Origin: Bugula neritina | Taxonomy: Eukaryota; Animalia; Bryozoa | Length of the DNA: 64,000 nt | Assembly: GCA_964035545.1 (NCBI GenBank) | Contig: OZ037771.1 | Location: 13,701,133 to 13,765,132, forward strand | Reading direction: 5' to 3' | Shown: positions 18,763 through 33,433 of the stretch, piece after piece | Numbering within the stretch: the first letter of the stretch is position 1 | Layout of the letters: each line of letters starts with the position of its first letter | Notes under the pieces: model-generated | Told to the model about the DNA's origin: nothing | What the model saw: the letters and a program-made list of their open reading frames with translations, nothing else | Databases searched by the model: none | Program-made: the position numbers and the translations under genes

Positions 18763-21700
18763 TCAACTCACTAGCAGCATATGTTCTTAGTTACCATCAG
18801 AAAAATGTGCCGGTATTAGCGATGACTGTAATTCTATTGATCAACCCAGTAAGTTGCTGGTTGACCCGCAGCTTTCAGTTTTGAAGAGATTGAAGAAGTT
18901 GTTGACATGCACTGGTTGGCCTCGATCAACTAAGCAAGTTGCTGGTTGGCCCGCAGCTTCAGATTAAATAATGTACTAAGAAAGGCGTTGTTGGTGTAAA
19001 CTTGTTGGCTTTGATTGTATAAGGATCTTTAAGGTTCATAAGCTATACCAGCATCTTTTCTCACCATAACCTTACGTTTTATAACAACACATACTATGTT
19101 ATAAATTATATAATATGTATTGGTTGTTGTTCATGTGTTGACTTGTAGATATTAGATTCTATAAGTGAAGTAAACACCAGGTTATATCAAATCTATATAA
19201 TTCATCAAGCATATTATAATTAATATTAAATATTGTTCATATATGTTAGTATACGACTAAATGGGCATATACTCCCAGTTTTATTCATGTTTGTTTACTC
19301 ATCGATGTTCATACAAGTAGACGTAAAAATTACAAATCCCAACGCGTGACCAAAAAACTTTTACGTATAATCGTTGCTATACCATAATTACTTGTATAGT
19401 ATTACTAAGCATATTATATTTGCCTCATTCAAAGAGTTAGATATCATATGTTAATAATGCATTAATGGATTTCTTGTTTAAAGGAATTTCTATGTAGCAT
19501 CATGACGACTAGCTCATTTAAATTTGCATATTTATATCTCAACTGCACTCAAGTAACAAGTTCCTTGCTTTAAGAATATGTATTCCATCTTCTTTCTTAA
19601 ATTTTGTAGATGCAGTGTAGTCCACATTCTGTGACAGAGCAGATATGATAAATTATAGTTACGTCAACCTGTCACACCAGTCATGCATCTCATTAAAAGT
19701 TTCAAGCAGGCAGGCAAACCTCAGCAACAACGAAGCCATATTTTAGTGGGTTGATGGAATATCTTAAAGGTATAACTTGTGAAATACAGAAGTAAGAGTT
19801 AAAAATAAAAAGGAAAGAAGACCTCATGGTCTCATACATCTATATATAATCATTTGCTGCTCCAATGATAGCACATTTTCTAAGAACTTGACTTTCTTGC
19901 ATGGGAATTAAATTATAAACTATCGCCACTATATCAGATTACATCTATAGTTGGTAAGTTTTTTACCACACACAGCCTACTCAAATTTTTAACTCTACTT
20001 TAGTCTTTATACCAGCATATTGTTCTCTGTGAACTTATTACATCATTGTACAGTATAATCTACTTAGTAAAAACGCAAAACATTAGGTACAGGTATTCTT
20101 TGATCTGACAATATTAATAAAGTTATTCTCATTCTAGCTGTTCTACAGTTATTATAGTTACTGTTAGACGATATAGCTATTACTTATTAGTTAGTCTTAT
20201 AATAATAATAGTATGAATATAAGGTTATAGGTATTCTTATTACTGATTAGTAATTAGCAATAGTTAATGACTATAAGACATATGTAGAGAACTGATTAAC
20301 TCAATAATATTAACAGCTTAAAGTAGAAGACTATAAATATTGAAATAAGGCAATAACAGATGGAGATTATATTTATACTGATAGTTTTGACCACACTGAT
20401 AGTAATAGTTATACTTATAGTTCTGGAATATTAGTATTACTATCATGCAGTATCACTATTAGTTTGAGTAGGCCTATGTGATAACATTGACCGTGAGTCT
20501 GCAGTAGTAGTATATTGGTTTGGGTTTGGGTTGGGCTGAGCTTGGTATTGGTGGGCCATGGGAGTGAGGGGTTTGGCAGTGGAGTTGGATGTTACATTTT
20601 CATTTGTACTATTTTCATACCTGTGCTATTTGTACTTCTGCCAACTATAATACTACATATTTTACCCAAAGGCACCTTAATATTATATTTACAAATGATT
20701 AGATGAGTGTTTAGGTAAAGAAGACCATTTTTAAACAACCATGTTGTAAAAGCCTAGGTGTCTATATATAATATCTTGTATGTCAGCAGTATATTATGAA
20801 AGCAAAATATAGAGTTGTGGCCTGCGTCTGTGTCCTTCATCTATTCACCCTTCATTAAGTGAATCACAATACATAGGCATCTTGCTAAACAGCACTCGTG
20901 CTGACGCAGCAACAATTATCAGCTGAAACAGTAACCATTTATCGGCTGTCACAGTGTCTTTGCTGTCTAGAAAGCAGAGTTTGATACCTGCAGTAATAAA
21001 GTAATATAATTTATTGGTGAGTGTGGTGCATGTGGTGTATAGGTGTAAGTGCAAAGTATATAATAGGGAGTGTTTATGAGAAAGAGATGGAGAGAAGGAG
21101 GGATCGATAGAGTGAATGAAGAGATTGAAGGTTGTGCAGAATACGACAATAGAATGCATTAGGCTATGTAGATAAGTGCTTATAGCCAAAGAAGTCCACA
21201 GAGGAGTACCCACAGACAATACCCCAACCTCAACTGGAGCTAAAGTCACTTCTCAGCCGAATCAAGCAACTTGTGCTTGTGTGCTGTCCCCGAGCTCAAC
21301 TGAAGGCTACAGCCCAATTATATTATTTGGTGAATTGCAAAGACTCCCGACAGCATATTCCGATATAATACTTGGTGCAGGTGCCATTCTTGAATTGGAA
21401 TAACTAGATAAATAATATGGAAAAGTCACGCTTGTAATTGTTTAAGATTATAGGATTTAGTGACACATAAAACCTTAATTCCCAATATTTAAAATGTGCT
21501 ATTTTCACTTACTTTTCCGTTTCTGCAAATAATTACTGCCTGTATTATTTTACCCGTAATATTTTAATCTGGCTATTTTAACCTTTGTAAAAGCTACATG
21601 AACATAATATACTTCTATAATTTGCTATACACGTGCATCAGTTAAGGTAAGGTAGCTGATTATACAGTACCTCTGTGATGTACACTTTTCACTACACAAC

Positions 21701-21933
21701 AACTCAGGTATTATATAGAGAGTATATTCAGATTATGAGATAATTTGTAACCATAGAGTATTAATCTGTATTGGAAATACTTTATTGAGAGTCCTGCTGT
21801 TAGCGTTACGACTCATTGGTAACCTCGCAAATGTCTTTTAGTACAACTTTCATAATCTTCAAATAGACATGCAATTAATTTGCTAATTGTATGTATTTTG
21901 AAGCAAAGTAGTGCACTTTTGCAATATATACTG

Positions 21934-21996
<63 letters not shown>

Positions 21997-22009
21997 GCTT
22001 ATTATTTAT

Positions 22010-22340
22010 TATTTGTTCACTATTTGATACACTTACTATTTGATATACCTATTAATTGTTATATACTTACTATCGGATACACTTACTATTTTACATACTT
22101 ACTATTTAATATACAGTTTGATATACTCACGTTTTGACATATATTTACAATTTGATATACTTACTATTTTATATTAAACTTATTACTATTTGATATACTT
22201 ACCATTTGAGTTACCTACTATTTTATATACTATTTGTCATATTTACTATTTTATATACCTACTATATCTGGTACACTTGCTACTTGATATACTTACTATA
22301 CTTGATATACTTACTATTTAATATACTTGCTGTTTGATAT
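22010..22340. repeat. Degenerate ~18-bp tandem repeat (ACTTACTATTTGATAT-like)
   Basis: Repeated tactatttgatatac / tactattttatatac units. Confidence 0.75.
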
Positions 22341-25300
22341 ATCCTCTCTGTGATAATGTTTAGTAACAGATTTGCACGTATATAAAGGATTTTTTCTCTT
22401 TTAAACTATATTATCTTACACACGTGCTATTAGTATTTTACAGTCATTGCCAGCATCTGAAGCGTCTACATTTGCAAGGGAGACAATTCTAATATTATAC
22501 CACATTGTTGCTTTTATCACCATATTATTTATTTGTTACATCATTCAAATATAACTTAGGTGGGTCATTTTACTCACTTTTTCAAACGCCAAACCCAGAG
22601 CCCCATGCTTCATATCTTGACCCGAAAATCGAAACTTCATACCCCCAACCTAACCTAACCAAACCCTTCAACTCCAAACTCCAAATTTCAAACTGTAGCA
22701 TATTTATCTAATTTTCCATGTGGACCACTATTACCCACACCAAATTCACTTTGCCAGTTTTACCTTTGCTAACTTTAACCACATTATATATGGTATTCCA
22801 CATGTGCACTGAATGGAAAAATATTAGCATATAATATGTTATTAAACACAGTCCATGATATTATGTACAATTTCATATATAGCACAAGTTGTTGAACACT
22901 ATTTTCAGTGTTCAGTGATATAATATAAAACATAGTTTCACTATTGAGTGGGTTTTTGTAATTGATGATATACTCTATACGATTTGATATATCTGTATAA
23001 TGTGACAAATGTTTCGTAACAGATTACTATTAAGTGTGTGTATACTATTTGATATACGTTATAGTATTTGATATATCAACAGTGTTATAATGTTTCGTAA
23101 CATATTTGGAAATTTAAAGCACTTCTACTTTAAACTATCTTCTCATAGACACTTAGTGATTCATAAGTACTTTACACTCATTACCAGCACCTAAAGTGAC
23201 TACAGTTGTAAGAGAAACAACTCTAATATCACACCACATTGTTGCTCTTTTCACCATACAATTTATATATTACATCATTCGGTTATGGCACCAGCTATAT
23301 TATTAATTCAACTTGCTATTATCATATGGTGTGAGAAGCTTTATATGATGTTTGGTACAAATGACAGAAGTAAAACTATAGCTGCACTGCATAGTTGAAA
23401 TGACATGCACAATACAAATATTAAGGGTAAATTTGCACTGGTAATAATTAATTCCATAATTAAAAAATTAAGTAAAAATATCCTATTTTTAATAGTGTGA
23501 TTTGGCGTTAAAGCTGTGAGTATTAAAGGATAACGTTTGGAGGTTTAGGGTTTGAGGGTTTGAAGAATTGAAAGCTATAGGATTTGGGGTTTGGAGAAAG
23601 CAGTATAGCGGTTTGGGTTTGTGGCATAGAAGAGGGCCGAATTGAAGGCTAGAAATAGTAGTTTGGGTTTTGGCAAAATAAACATCAGTGTTCTATTTAA
23701 CTTACTCGTTTTATTTGTGCTATTATGACTTGTGCTATAATTGTACCTGCGCCAACTACACGTATATAATATTATGATATATTGTAGCTAACGGCACCTT
23801 AATAATATTATATTAAAAATTTAATTAAATAGATGGGGAGGTAAAGAAGATAATATTCTAAACAATCAGCTGTGAAAGTCCAGGTGTCTATTTTGTACGT
23901 CAGCAGTATATTATGACAGCTATTATATACCCAGCTCTGGAAAGTTACTTGTAATATATATAGTTATACTATGAATTTATAGATAAAACTGACTGACATA
24001 GTCTCTGATACACATCTGCTTATTCTCTCAATACTTGAAGACTTGAAGTTAGTCTGCTTGGAAAATATTTATTATATAGTATTTGAAAACTGCTCTAGAT
24101 TTTATCTGCATGGTATTTGCCAACATTCTGGCAGCGACTTTTAATATGTGATGCTTATTACATTTATTTGATTATATGGATAAAATCTGCACACAATAAA
24201 TGGAGCAGGCAGCAGTGAAACAGTAAAAAACGGCATCAGAAAAATGGCACAAATAGAATATTAGGTAAAATGGCACACTATAGCTGATGTTATAGTTGCT
24301 CAAACTACAAACCCCAAACCTCTAACCCCAAGCCAAACCTCTACTCTAACCCCAAACCACTAACCCCAAACCACTAACCCCAAACCCAGAACCCCAACAC
24401 AACTTTTCAACCCTAAGCCCCAAATTTGAATCTGTGGCACATTTACCTAATATTCCATCTGTACCATAATTATCTGCACCATATTCATCTTGCCGATTTT
24501 ACTTATGCGCTAACTTTAACCCCATTTTATACTCCACATGTGTACCAGTTGCAAAGATAATATACAAGTATATACTATGTGATTATGCAACCATGTTGCA
24601 ACTACATATATTGTGGTAAATATTAAAAGTTATCCCCCTTGACACATTACTTATGGCTATTTTTCTAAATACTGTAGTTAAAGCCAAGTCTGTGGCGTAA
24701 CTTTCTAATACCTTAAATACTATGGCTATTGTTAAGCTTTTAGCATAGTAAATAGTTAATCCCTTTTCCTCAATTACAAGTTACAATGCGCATACACTTG
24801 CTTGGGTTCATTTTTCTTGATTCATGTAAACCGACAGTTGGACCAAGTTCGGCAGGTAGATGCCGACATTGGGTCTGTCGGTTACCGACATGGTCAGTGT
24901 CGGTTACCAGCATGACTAATGTCCCCATTTCCTGCCGAATGCTGGCCCGCTGTTGGTAGAAGGTTCTGAAAGTCCTTTGTTCTACTAGTATGAAAGAACA
25001 CGCATTTTCGAGCTTTAGTCACTTGAGGACTGGAGCTCGGACTGGATGTATCTCTGCTACAATAAAGTTACGCAAACACACAAATTCTACACTCTCTTGT
25101 TTCTTCTATAACTAGGAGTTATGTTCTCTGCCTGATTTCATTCTATAACCCACAAAAGTACTACAATATGGAGTATAGGGAGGTGTTTGGTGCCAATTTT
25201 ACTTTTATTGGTTTACCTCTGCCATGATTGTTACCATGCAAAGACCTTTTATTCAGGTTTCTTAAGCCTTAACCCCATTGCATGTATATATGTTTTGTAA

Positions 25301-25837
25301 ATTGCCTTGAATGCAAAGATATTCGAGTATTATGTGAAACAACACATGTTATAAATCCATATAGCGATTCTTCAGCATTTAGTCATGATAAAACATATAG
25401 TTTACATTAAGTGTGTTTGTATATAAATTCAATGTGATGCATGTAGGCTTATCACCAGCTGCAAGCAAATCTGCATGTCAGTAATTATATTCTTTCACTC
25501 TAACAAATTTACCAACATATTATTTCAAATTTATCTGCACACAGCAGTCTAAACACTTGGCAGTTTGTTTTGAAAGTGTAGGAGTACAAGATACACGACA
25601 GGACGAGAATGTTTAACTGCAAAATCAAAATTTTAATCAGAAACATTTCAACACATAAATTATTAAATCACATAGAATTAGACATTCATGATTTTAGACG
25701 ATTTGGATGTAAGCTATCATGGCTTAGCAATCCAGTTCCATGTAGATTGTGATAACTATTAGTTAGACAACAAACAATGTGAATGTGTCCTGGTTGCTGA
25801 TTGGTCAGCAATCTAGGTACACATGTCCTTGACAGCA

Positions 25838-28047
25838 TCATATATCGGACTCTACAAATAAATTATCATTTTAACAGTTAGTTGTGTAAAACCTGCTTAA
25901 AAGATGCATGCATGCAGGAAATAAATTTGCCTGTTTAATTCTAACATGAAACAGCAGTTCCTTTTAATCATATTATGCTAAACTAAGAACCTTTCAAAGT
26001 TGTTATTTATTTAATATTAATTGCTAAGACTGAACACTAGCTATGTGCTCTCTATATGGAATTTTATTTGCTCAAACATTTAGAACTCAATATAAAGTCA
26101 ACTAGCAAGTTGTTAATAAATTATCGCTGGTTTTTGGGTCACAGATATTCCTGTTAATATATTGTATATTGTATATTATATATTTATTTTGTGCATAGAT
26201 ATTGTATAGATTTCACTCACCACTCAACTTATAGATATTCCGGGCCATTCCAACATAGATTTTTCCGCCAACATTCAGTAAAGATCGTGGGGGACCAGAA
26301 AGCAAGCTACCCTCTGTACACGGATTTTCTCCATTAAAGCAGACAGGACCAACTATCCTCTTTTTCATATCCATTAGCTTGAGTTTTTTATTATAATAGT
26401 CAGCAACCAGGTACAGATTGTCTGTCACTTCTTCAATATTCATAGGACCGATAAATCTAGCATTGTCAAATGAGCCAATCACATCACCAGGACTTGCTGA
26501 ACCAGCCAATAGAAGGTTACTAACTGTTTCATTGTTAGACCAGCTCACTTTTGATATGTAATGAAAATTACCTACTAGCAACTGTCTGCCAGCCCAGAGA
26601 AGCCCTTGAGGAATCTTGAACCCAGTATTTATTACTGAACTCAATTTTCCTGTCTTTATATCAACAGACCTTACAGCATTATTACACTCATCAGCTACTA
26701 TTAGCTTTCCTGGGTTCCTAACATCTACAGCTACATCAGTCGGGCAATACAACCGTCCCACTCCTACTTCTCCTTCTCTGTAGCCATAGCGACCACATGA
26801 TCCTGCTATAACTTTGATATTATTATCTTTTCTATTCAACAGTTTAATACAGTGACGGAGAATGTTTGGGAAAACAACATGAGTTGTATTGAGTTGTGTG
26901 AAACCTGGTAAAAAAGATGAATCAAGAGTTGAAGTTGTCTGCCCATCAGTAGTTAGTAGACCCTTGCCAGTACCGAGGAGGAGGCTTCCATCATTCTTAT
27001 ATTTATCAAGTTCCATATGAAAGGTGATGGAAGGAATTGTAAGGTACAGTTCTGCTTTCTTGAAGGATATGCTGTAATAACCAAGAAGATAACTATCTGT
27101 GAATATTTCAATCTATTAACTAATAGTTGTATATATTTGCTGCTGCTATAATTGAATTAAGAAACTATGGGCTGCAGCAATTTTAATGTTGATCTATAAT
27201 ACAACACTAGCTGCATGACGCAAATTGTAAACAAGTTGCTGGAATACCTCAAAATTAATTCATGAGCAAAGTTCTATTTTATCAACATCTAAAGCAGCAA
27301 CAAAGTGTTGTTAATCATATAATAACAATGCTTACTATCGATTTTGTACACTACTTGACATGCATAAAATTGTTTTAGCCGTTCACTTTCTAGTATTTCA
27401 ATTAATTTGTAAAATATAGACACATGCTTCGTGCAGTATTTATCAACATCAAACAGTGATTTATTTTATTAGAAAGGTATTTCTGTCTTTAATAGGTAAA
27501 CAGCGCTAAATTATTAAACACAAAAAATTTGATGTATATCCTAACTATTTTACAATTTTTAGTGAGTATTTTATAAAAAATCAAACTATGTCTTCATATT
27601 TAATTGATTCTAAACTAATAGACACGACTAGCTATTTATCAGACATATGAAATAGATATAATAATAATATAATTATTATATAAAGAGTAAATGAAGGCAC
27701 AACCACAGGCAGCAACAGCAATAATAAAGATTACATGTAACCATAGCAACATCAATGACTACCTACATGTCTTAAATTTACAATTCATGTATATATATAT
27801 ATATGTGTGTGTAAAGACAGGGCATATGTATATATCAACATAACCATGTAGTCTACACTTACCTTGTTTCAACATTTGTATCAGCTTCTGTCTGTCTACA
27901 GACTACCAGCAGAATCTAAAACATATATTATTATGATATTCACAATATGCTTAATGCTTGAAATTCAAAATATACTAAAAGAACTAATAAATTTGAGTGT
28001 TTTGAAAAAATATAAATTATACTTACAGCTATATACCACCAGTACAT
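25838..28047 (-). CDS. Secreted NHL-repeat protein, copy 3 (propeller-only, ~312 aa)
   Basis: Exons 28047-28027, 27915-27863, 27071-26221 and a 14-nt terminal piece 25851-25838 (..YKLS-E-S-D-I-stop). The terminal piece arises from a deletion joining the start of exon 4 to the end of exon 6. Confidence 0.78.
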
Positions 28048-30823
28048 CTTTTCTGTGTAACGTCTACCTAAAGTGAATGTTTTCCACAAATGAAGTCTAT
28101 CTAGCAAAGTTACAAGCTTTATATCAACTCACTAGGAGCATATGTTGTTAGTTCCCATCAGAAAGGTATGCCGGTATTAGCGATGACTCATGTAATTCAA
28201 TTGATCAACCCAGTAAGCTGCTGGTTGACCCGCAGCTTTCAGTTTTGAAGAGAGTGAAGAAGTTGTTGACATGCACTGGTTGACCTCGATCAACTAAGCA
28301 AGTTGCTGGTTGGCCGAAGCTTCAGATTAAATAATGTACTAAGAAGGGCGTTGTTGATGTAAACTTGTTGGCTTTGATTGTATAAGGATCTTTAAGGTTC
28401 ATAAACTATACCAGCATCTTTTCCCACCATAACCTTGCGTTTTATAACAACGCATAATATGTTATATATTATTTAATAACATGTATTAGTTGTTGTTCAC
28501 GTGTTGACCTTGTAGATATTAGATTTTATAAGTGAAGTAAGCACCAGGTTATATCAGATCTATATAATTCATCAAGCATATTATAATTTATAATAAATAT
28601 TGATCATATATATTAGTATATATATGACTAAATGAACATATATAACTCCCAGTTTTATTCATGTTTGTTTTCTCATTAATGTTCATGCAAGTAGAGGTAA
28701 AAATTACAAATCCCAACATGTGACCAAAAAACATTTACGTATAATTGTCTCTATATACCACAATTACTTGTGCAATATACCATATCATTACTCAGCATAT
28801 TACATTTGCCTTATTCAAAGAGCTACCTATTATATGTTTAGTATATTATTGCATTTCTTGTTTAAAGCAATTTCCATGTATAGCATCATGACGCCTAGCT
28901 CATTTAGATTTTCATATTTCTATTTCAACTGCACTCAAGTAACAATTCCACTCCTTTCAAAATGTGTATTCCATAACTTTGAATTTTGTATAAGATACAG
29001 TGCAGTCTACATACCGTGACGGAGCAGATATAATAATTTATAGTTACGTCAACCTGTCACAGCAGTCATCTCACTGAAAGTTTCAAGGAGGCAGGCAAAT
29101 CTCAGCACCAACGGAACCATATTTCAGTGGGCTGGTGAAATATTTTGAAGGTATAACTTGTGAAATACATACAGAAGTAAGAGTTAAAAATAAAAAGGAA
29201 AGAAGACCTCATGGTCTCATACATCTATAATTATTTGCTGCTCCAATGATAGCACATTTTCTAAGAACTTGACTTTCTGGGAATTAAATTATAATTTATC
29301 ACCACTATATCAGATTACATCTAGTCGGTAAGTTATTTACCACACATAGCCTACTCAAATTGTTAACTCTACTATAGTCTTTACCAGCATATTGTTCTCT
29401 GTAAATGTATTACATCATTGTACAGTATAATCTACCTAGCAAAAACACAAAACACTATAGGTACAGGTATTCTTTGATCTGACAATATTAATAAAGTTAT
29501 TCTCATTCTAGCTGTTCTACTGTTATTATAGTTACTGTTACACAATATAGCTATTACTTATAAGTTATTCTTAAAATAATAATAGTATGAATATAAGATT
29601 ATAGGTATTAACATTACTGATTAGTAATTAGCAATAGCTAATGACTATAAGACATATGTAGAGAACTGATTAACTCAATAATATTAACAGCTTAAAGTAG
29701 AAGACTATAAATATTAAAATAAGGCAATAACAGATGAAGAAACTTAGGGTGTGTTAGTAAGTGTATTAGAGTAGAATTCTAAGTGTGTTGACACATTTTT
29801 TACACATATTGTAGACTATAATACGTTTCATCATGACTAAACACTCAAAAAATCATGCTTTATGGGGTGATGAGTTATAACATGTGGTGTATCAGATAGT
29901 GTTCTAATATCTTTGCATTTAGATAAATCTTCAAAGTATATATACATTTCATTGGGTTAAGGCTAAAGAAACCTAAATAAAAGGTGTTTGGTAAAACTAA
30001 TGACTGTAAAATTGGCGCATGCATATAATATAAATGGAGACATTGGAAAATTAGGTAGAATGGTACGTTTTGAATATTAAGAGGTTTGGGGTGGGGGTTG
30101 GGGTTTGGGGTCCGGTTTTGTGTTTCAGAATTTGGCTTCAAGGTGTAGGAGAGGAAAAGGCATGAGGGTTTTGGCTTGGGGTTTAGGGGATTGAGGTTTG
30201 AGTTTAAAATTTTGAGGTATGGGCAAACTTAACGCTATTGTGTCATTTTACCTACAATTCTATTTGTGTATTTGTTATTCTACCTGAACCATTTTTACAT
30301 AAAACTGAATAAATATATTAGGCATTGAGCAGTTTTTAAATGCTGAATAATAAATATTGCATAGACAGCCTTCAACTCCAATTCTCCTCACATGTTGAGA
30401 GAATAAGCAGATATGTATCAGAGACTACGTCAGTCAGTTATATCTAAGCTAATAGTATAACTATATATATTATAGTAATTTTCCAGAGGGTATAATAGAT
30501 GTCATAATATACTGCGGTCGTACAATATAGACACCTGGACTTTCAAAGCTGGTTGTTGGAAATATTATCTTCTTTACCTCCAGCTGTCCGTTATTGTCAA
30601 CTACACCATCTAACTAATAGAACAATAAACAATATTAATAGATGTTGTTAGCTATAATACTTTATAGTTGGCACCGGTACAAATATAGCACAGGTTATAA
30701 TGAAACAAATGAAAAAAGCAAATCAAATGGGAAACTGATGTTTTATTTTCTCAAACTTAAACCTTAAATAAAAAACCCCACTCCATATGACTCTGAATTA
30801 GGCCTAACTCATTTTAGTCTTAT

Positions 30824-31050
30824 ACCCCCACCCAAACCCCCACCCAAACCCCCACCCAAACCTTCACTCAAACCTCCACCCAAACCCCCACCCACTCCTC
30901 CACCCAAACCTCCACCCAAACCTCCACCCAAACCTCCACTCAAACCTCCACCCAAACCTCCACCCAAACCTCCACCAAAACTTCCACCCAAACCCCCACC
31001 CAAACCCCCACCCAAACCCCCACCCAAACCTCCACCCAAACCCCCACCCA
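30824..31050. repeat. 12-bp minisatellite (CCACCCAAACCY)n, ~19 units
   Basis: Direct reading. Gives a spurious (GGGL)n ORF. Confidence 0.95.
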
Positions 31051-33433
31051 CTCTTAGTGTCCATCCACGCAACCTAACCCCCCTCCAACTCCACTCCTAT
31101 ATATTGCCCACAAACCCCCCAAATTCCTCAGCTCAAACCAAGCACTACTTCTAACCCCAAACCCCAAACCCTCAAACCTCTCCCTATACTCCATATATGT
31201 TATTATAGTTGTAGCATAGCATACTTATATTATCTTTGCAATTGGTACACATTTGGAGTATACAATAAAATTAAGGTTAGCACAGGTAAAACTGGCAAAG
31301 AGAATTTTGTGCAGGGATTAGTAACACAAATGATAAATAAGGTAAATGTGACACAGTTGAGAGTTTAGAGTTTGAAATTTGAAGGGTTGGTGTGGGGTTT
31401 TGAAGATTGAGATCTGGAGTTTGGGGCTGGAAGCCTAGGGTTTGCAATTTGGTGTTTGTTAGTTGGGTGTAGGTTTGGGTAGAGGGTTTAAGACTATAAG
31501 GTAGGAGTAGGCCTTTTGAGTCATAGAGTGGAGTTTTCGGTTTGGGGTTTGGGGTTTAGGTTTGGACAAATATAATATCAGCTATTGTGCCGTATAGTTA
31601 CCATCAGAAAGATGTGCTGGTATTAGCGATGACTGTAATTCAATTGATCAACCCAGTAAGTTGCTGGTTGACCCACAGCTTTCAGTTTTGAAGAGATTGA
31701 AGAAGTTGTTGACATGCACTGGTTGGTCTCGATCAACTAAGCAAGTTGCTGGTTGGCCCGCAGTTTCAGATTAAATAATGTACTAAGAAAGGCGTTGTTG
31801 GTGTAAACTTGTTGGCTTTGATTGTATAAGGATCTTTAAGGTTCATAAACTATACCAGCATATTTTCCCACCATAACCTTGCGTTTTATAACAACGCATA
31901 ATATTATGTTATATATTATATAATAACATGTATTAGTTGTTGTTCACGTGTTGACCTTGTAGATATTAGATTTTATAAGTGAAGTAAGCACCAGGTTATA
32001 TCAGATCTATATAATTCATCAAGCATATTATAATTTATATTAAATATTGTTCATATATGTTAGTATATATGACTAAATGGACATATATAACTCCCAGTTT
32101 TATTCATGTTTGTTTTCTCATTAATGTTCATGCAAGTAGAGGTAAAAATTACAAATCCCAACATGTGACCAAAAAACATTTACATAGAATTGTCTCTATA
32201 TACCACAATTACTTGTGCAATATACCATATCATTACTCAGCATATTACATTTGCCTTATTCAAAGAGCTACCTATTATATGTTTAGTATATTATTGCATT
32301 TCTTGTTTAAAGCAATTTCCATGTATAGCATCATGACGCCTAGCTCATTTAGATTTTCATATTTCTATTTCAACTGCACTCAAGTAACAATTCCATTCCT
32401 TTCAAAATGTGTATTTGTAAATGTGAATTTTGTATAAGATACAGTGCAGTCTACATACCGTGACAGAGCAGATATAATAATTTATAGTTACGTCAACCTG
32501 TCACAGCAGTCTCCTCACTGAAAGTTTCAAGGAGGCAGGCAAATCTCAGCACCAACGGAGTCATATTTCAGTGGGTTGGTGGAATATCTTAAAGGTATAA
32601 CTTGTGAAATATAGAAGTGAGAGTTAAAAATAAAATGGAAAGAAGACCTCATGGTCTCATACATCTATAATTACTTGCTGGTCTAAGAATAGCACATTTT
32701 CTAAGTACTTGATTTTCTGGGAATTAAATTATAATTTATCACTACTATATATCAGATTACATTTACTTGGGTAAATATTTACCACACACAGCCTACTCAG
32801 ATATTGTTAACTCTACTATAGTCATTACCAGCATATTGTGCTCTGTAAATGTATTAGATTATTGTACAGTGTCTTTGCAAAAACACAAAACACTATATAG
32901 GTATTCTCTGATCTGACAATATTATTAATGGTTATTCTTATTCTGTTTTACAGTTATAGTTACTGTTAGACCATATAGCTATTACTTTTTAGTTAGTCTT
33001 ATAATAATTAATATAGTATGAATATAAGATTATAGGTATTATAAATATTATACTGATTATAGGTATTAACATTACTGATTAGTAATTAGCAATAGCTTAT
33101 AATGACTATAAGACGTATGTAAAAGACTGATAAACTCAATAATGTTAACAGTTTAGTATATAGAAGACTATATAAACAATAAAATAAGTCAATAACAGGT
33201 GGAGATCATATTTATACTGATAGTTTTGATCATATTAATAGTAATAGTTATACTTATAGTTCTGGAATATCAATATCACTATCATGCATTATCACTATCA
33301 GTTTGAGTAGGCCTATGGGAAATTTACGTTTGAATTGAGATCAATTAGTATTGCAACTGATGAGTGATAACATTAATCGTGATCTGCAGTAGTAGTATTA
33401 TAGTGGTTAGGGTTTGGGTTGGACTGAGCTTGG

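Noticed and set aside
23500-24425. True telomeric array
   Set aside because: Tracts are short, degenerate and embedded in a dispersed repeat. There is no regular (TTAGGG)n.
24830-24960. CRISPR-like palindromic repeats
   Set aside because: Only 2-4 degenerate units, no unique spacers, no cas genes, and a eukaryotic context.
28720-29019. Recurrent hydrophobic ORF (also 32057..32437, 47599..47964)
   Set aside because: Recurs only because the DNA is duplicated. Starts are inconsistent, the frame is not kept at ~19350 or ~44010, and there are no motifs.
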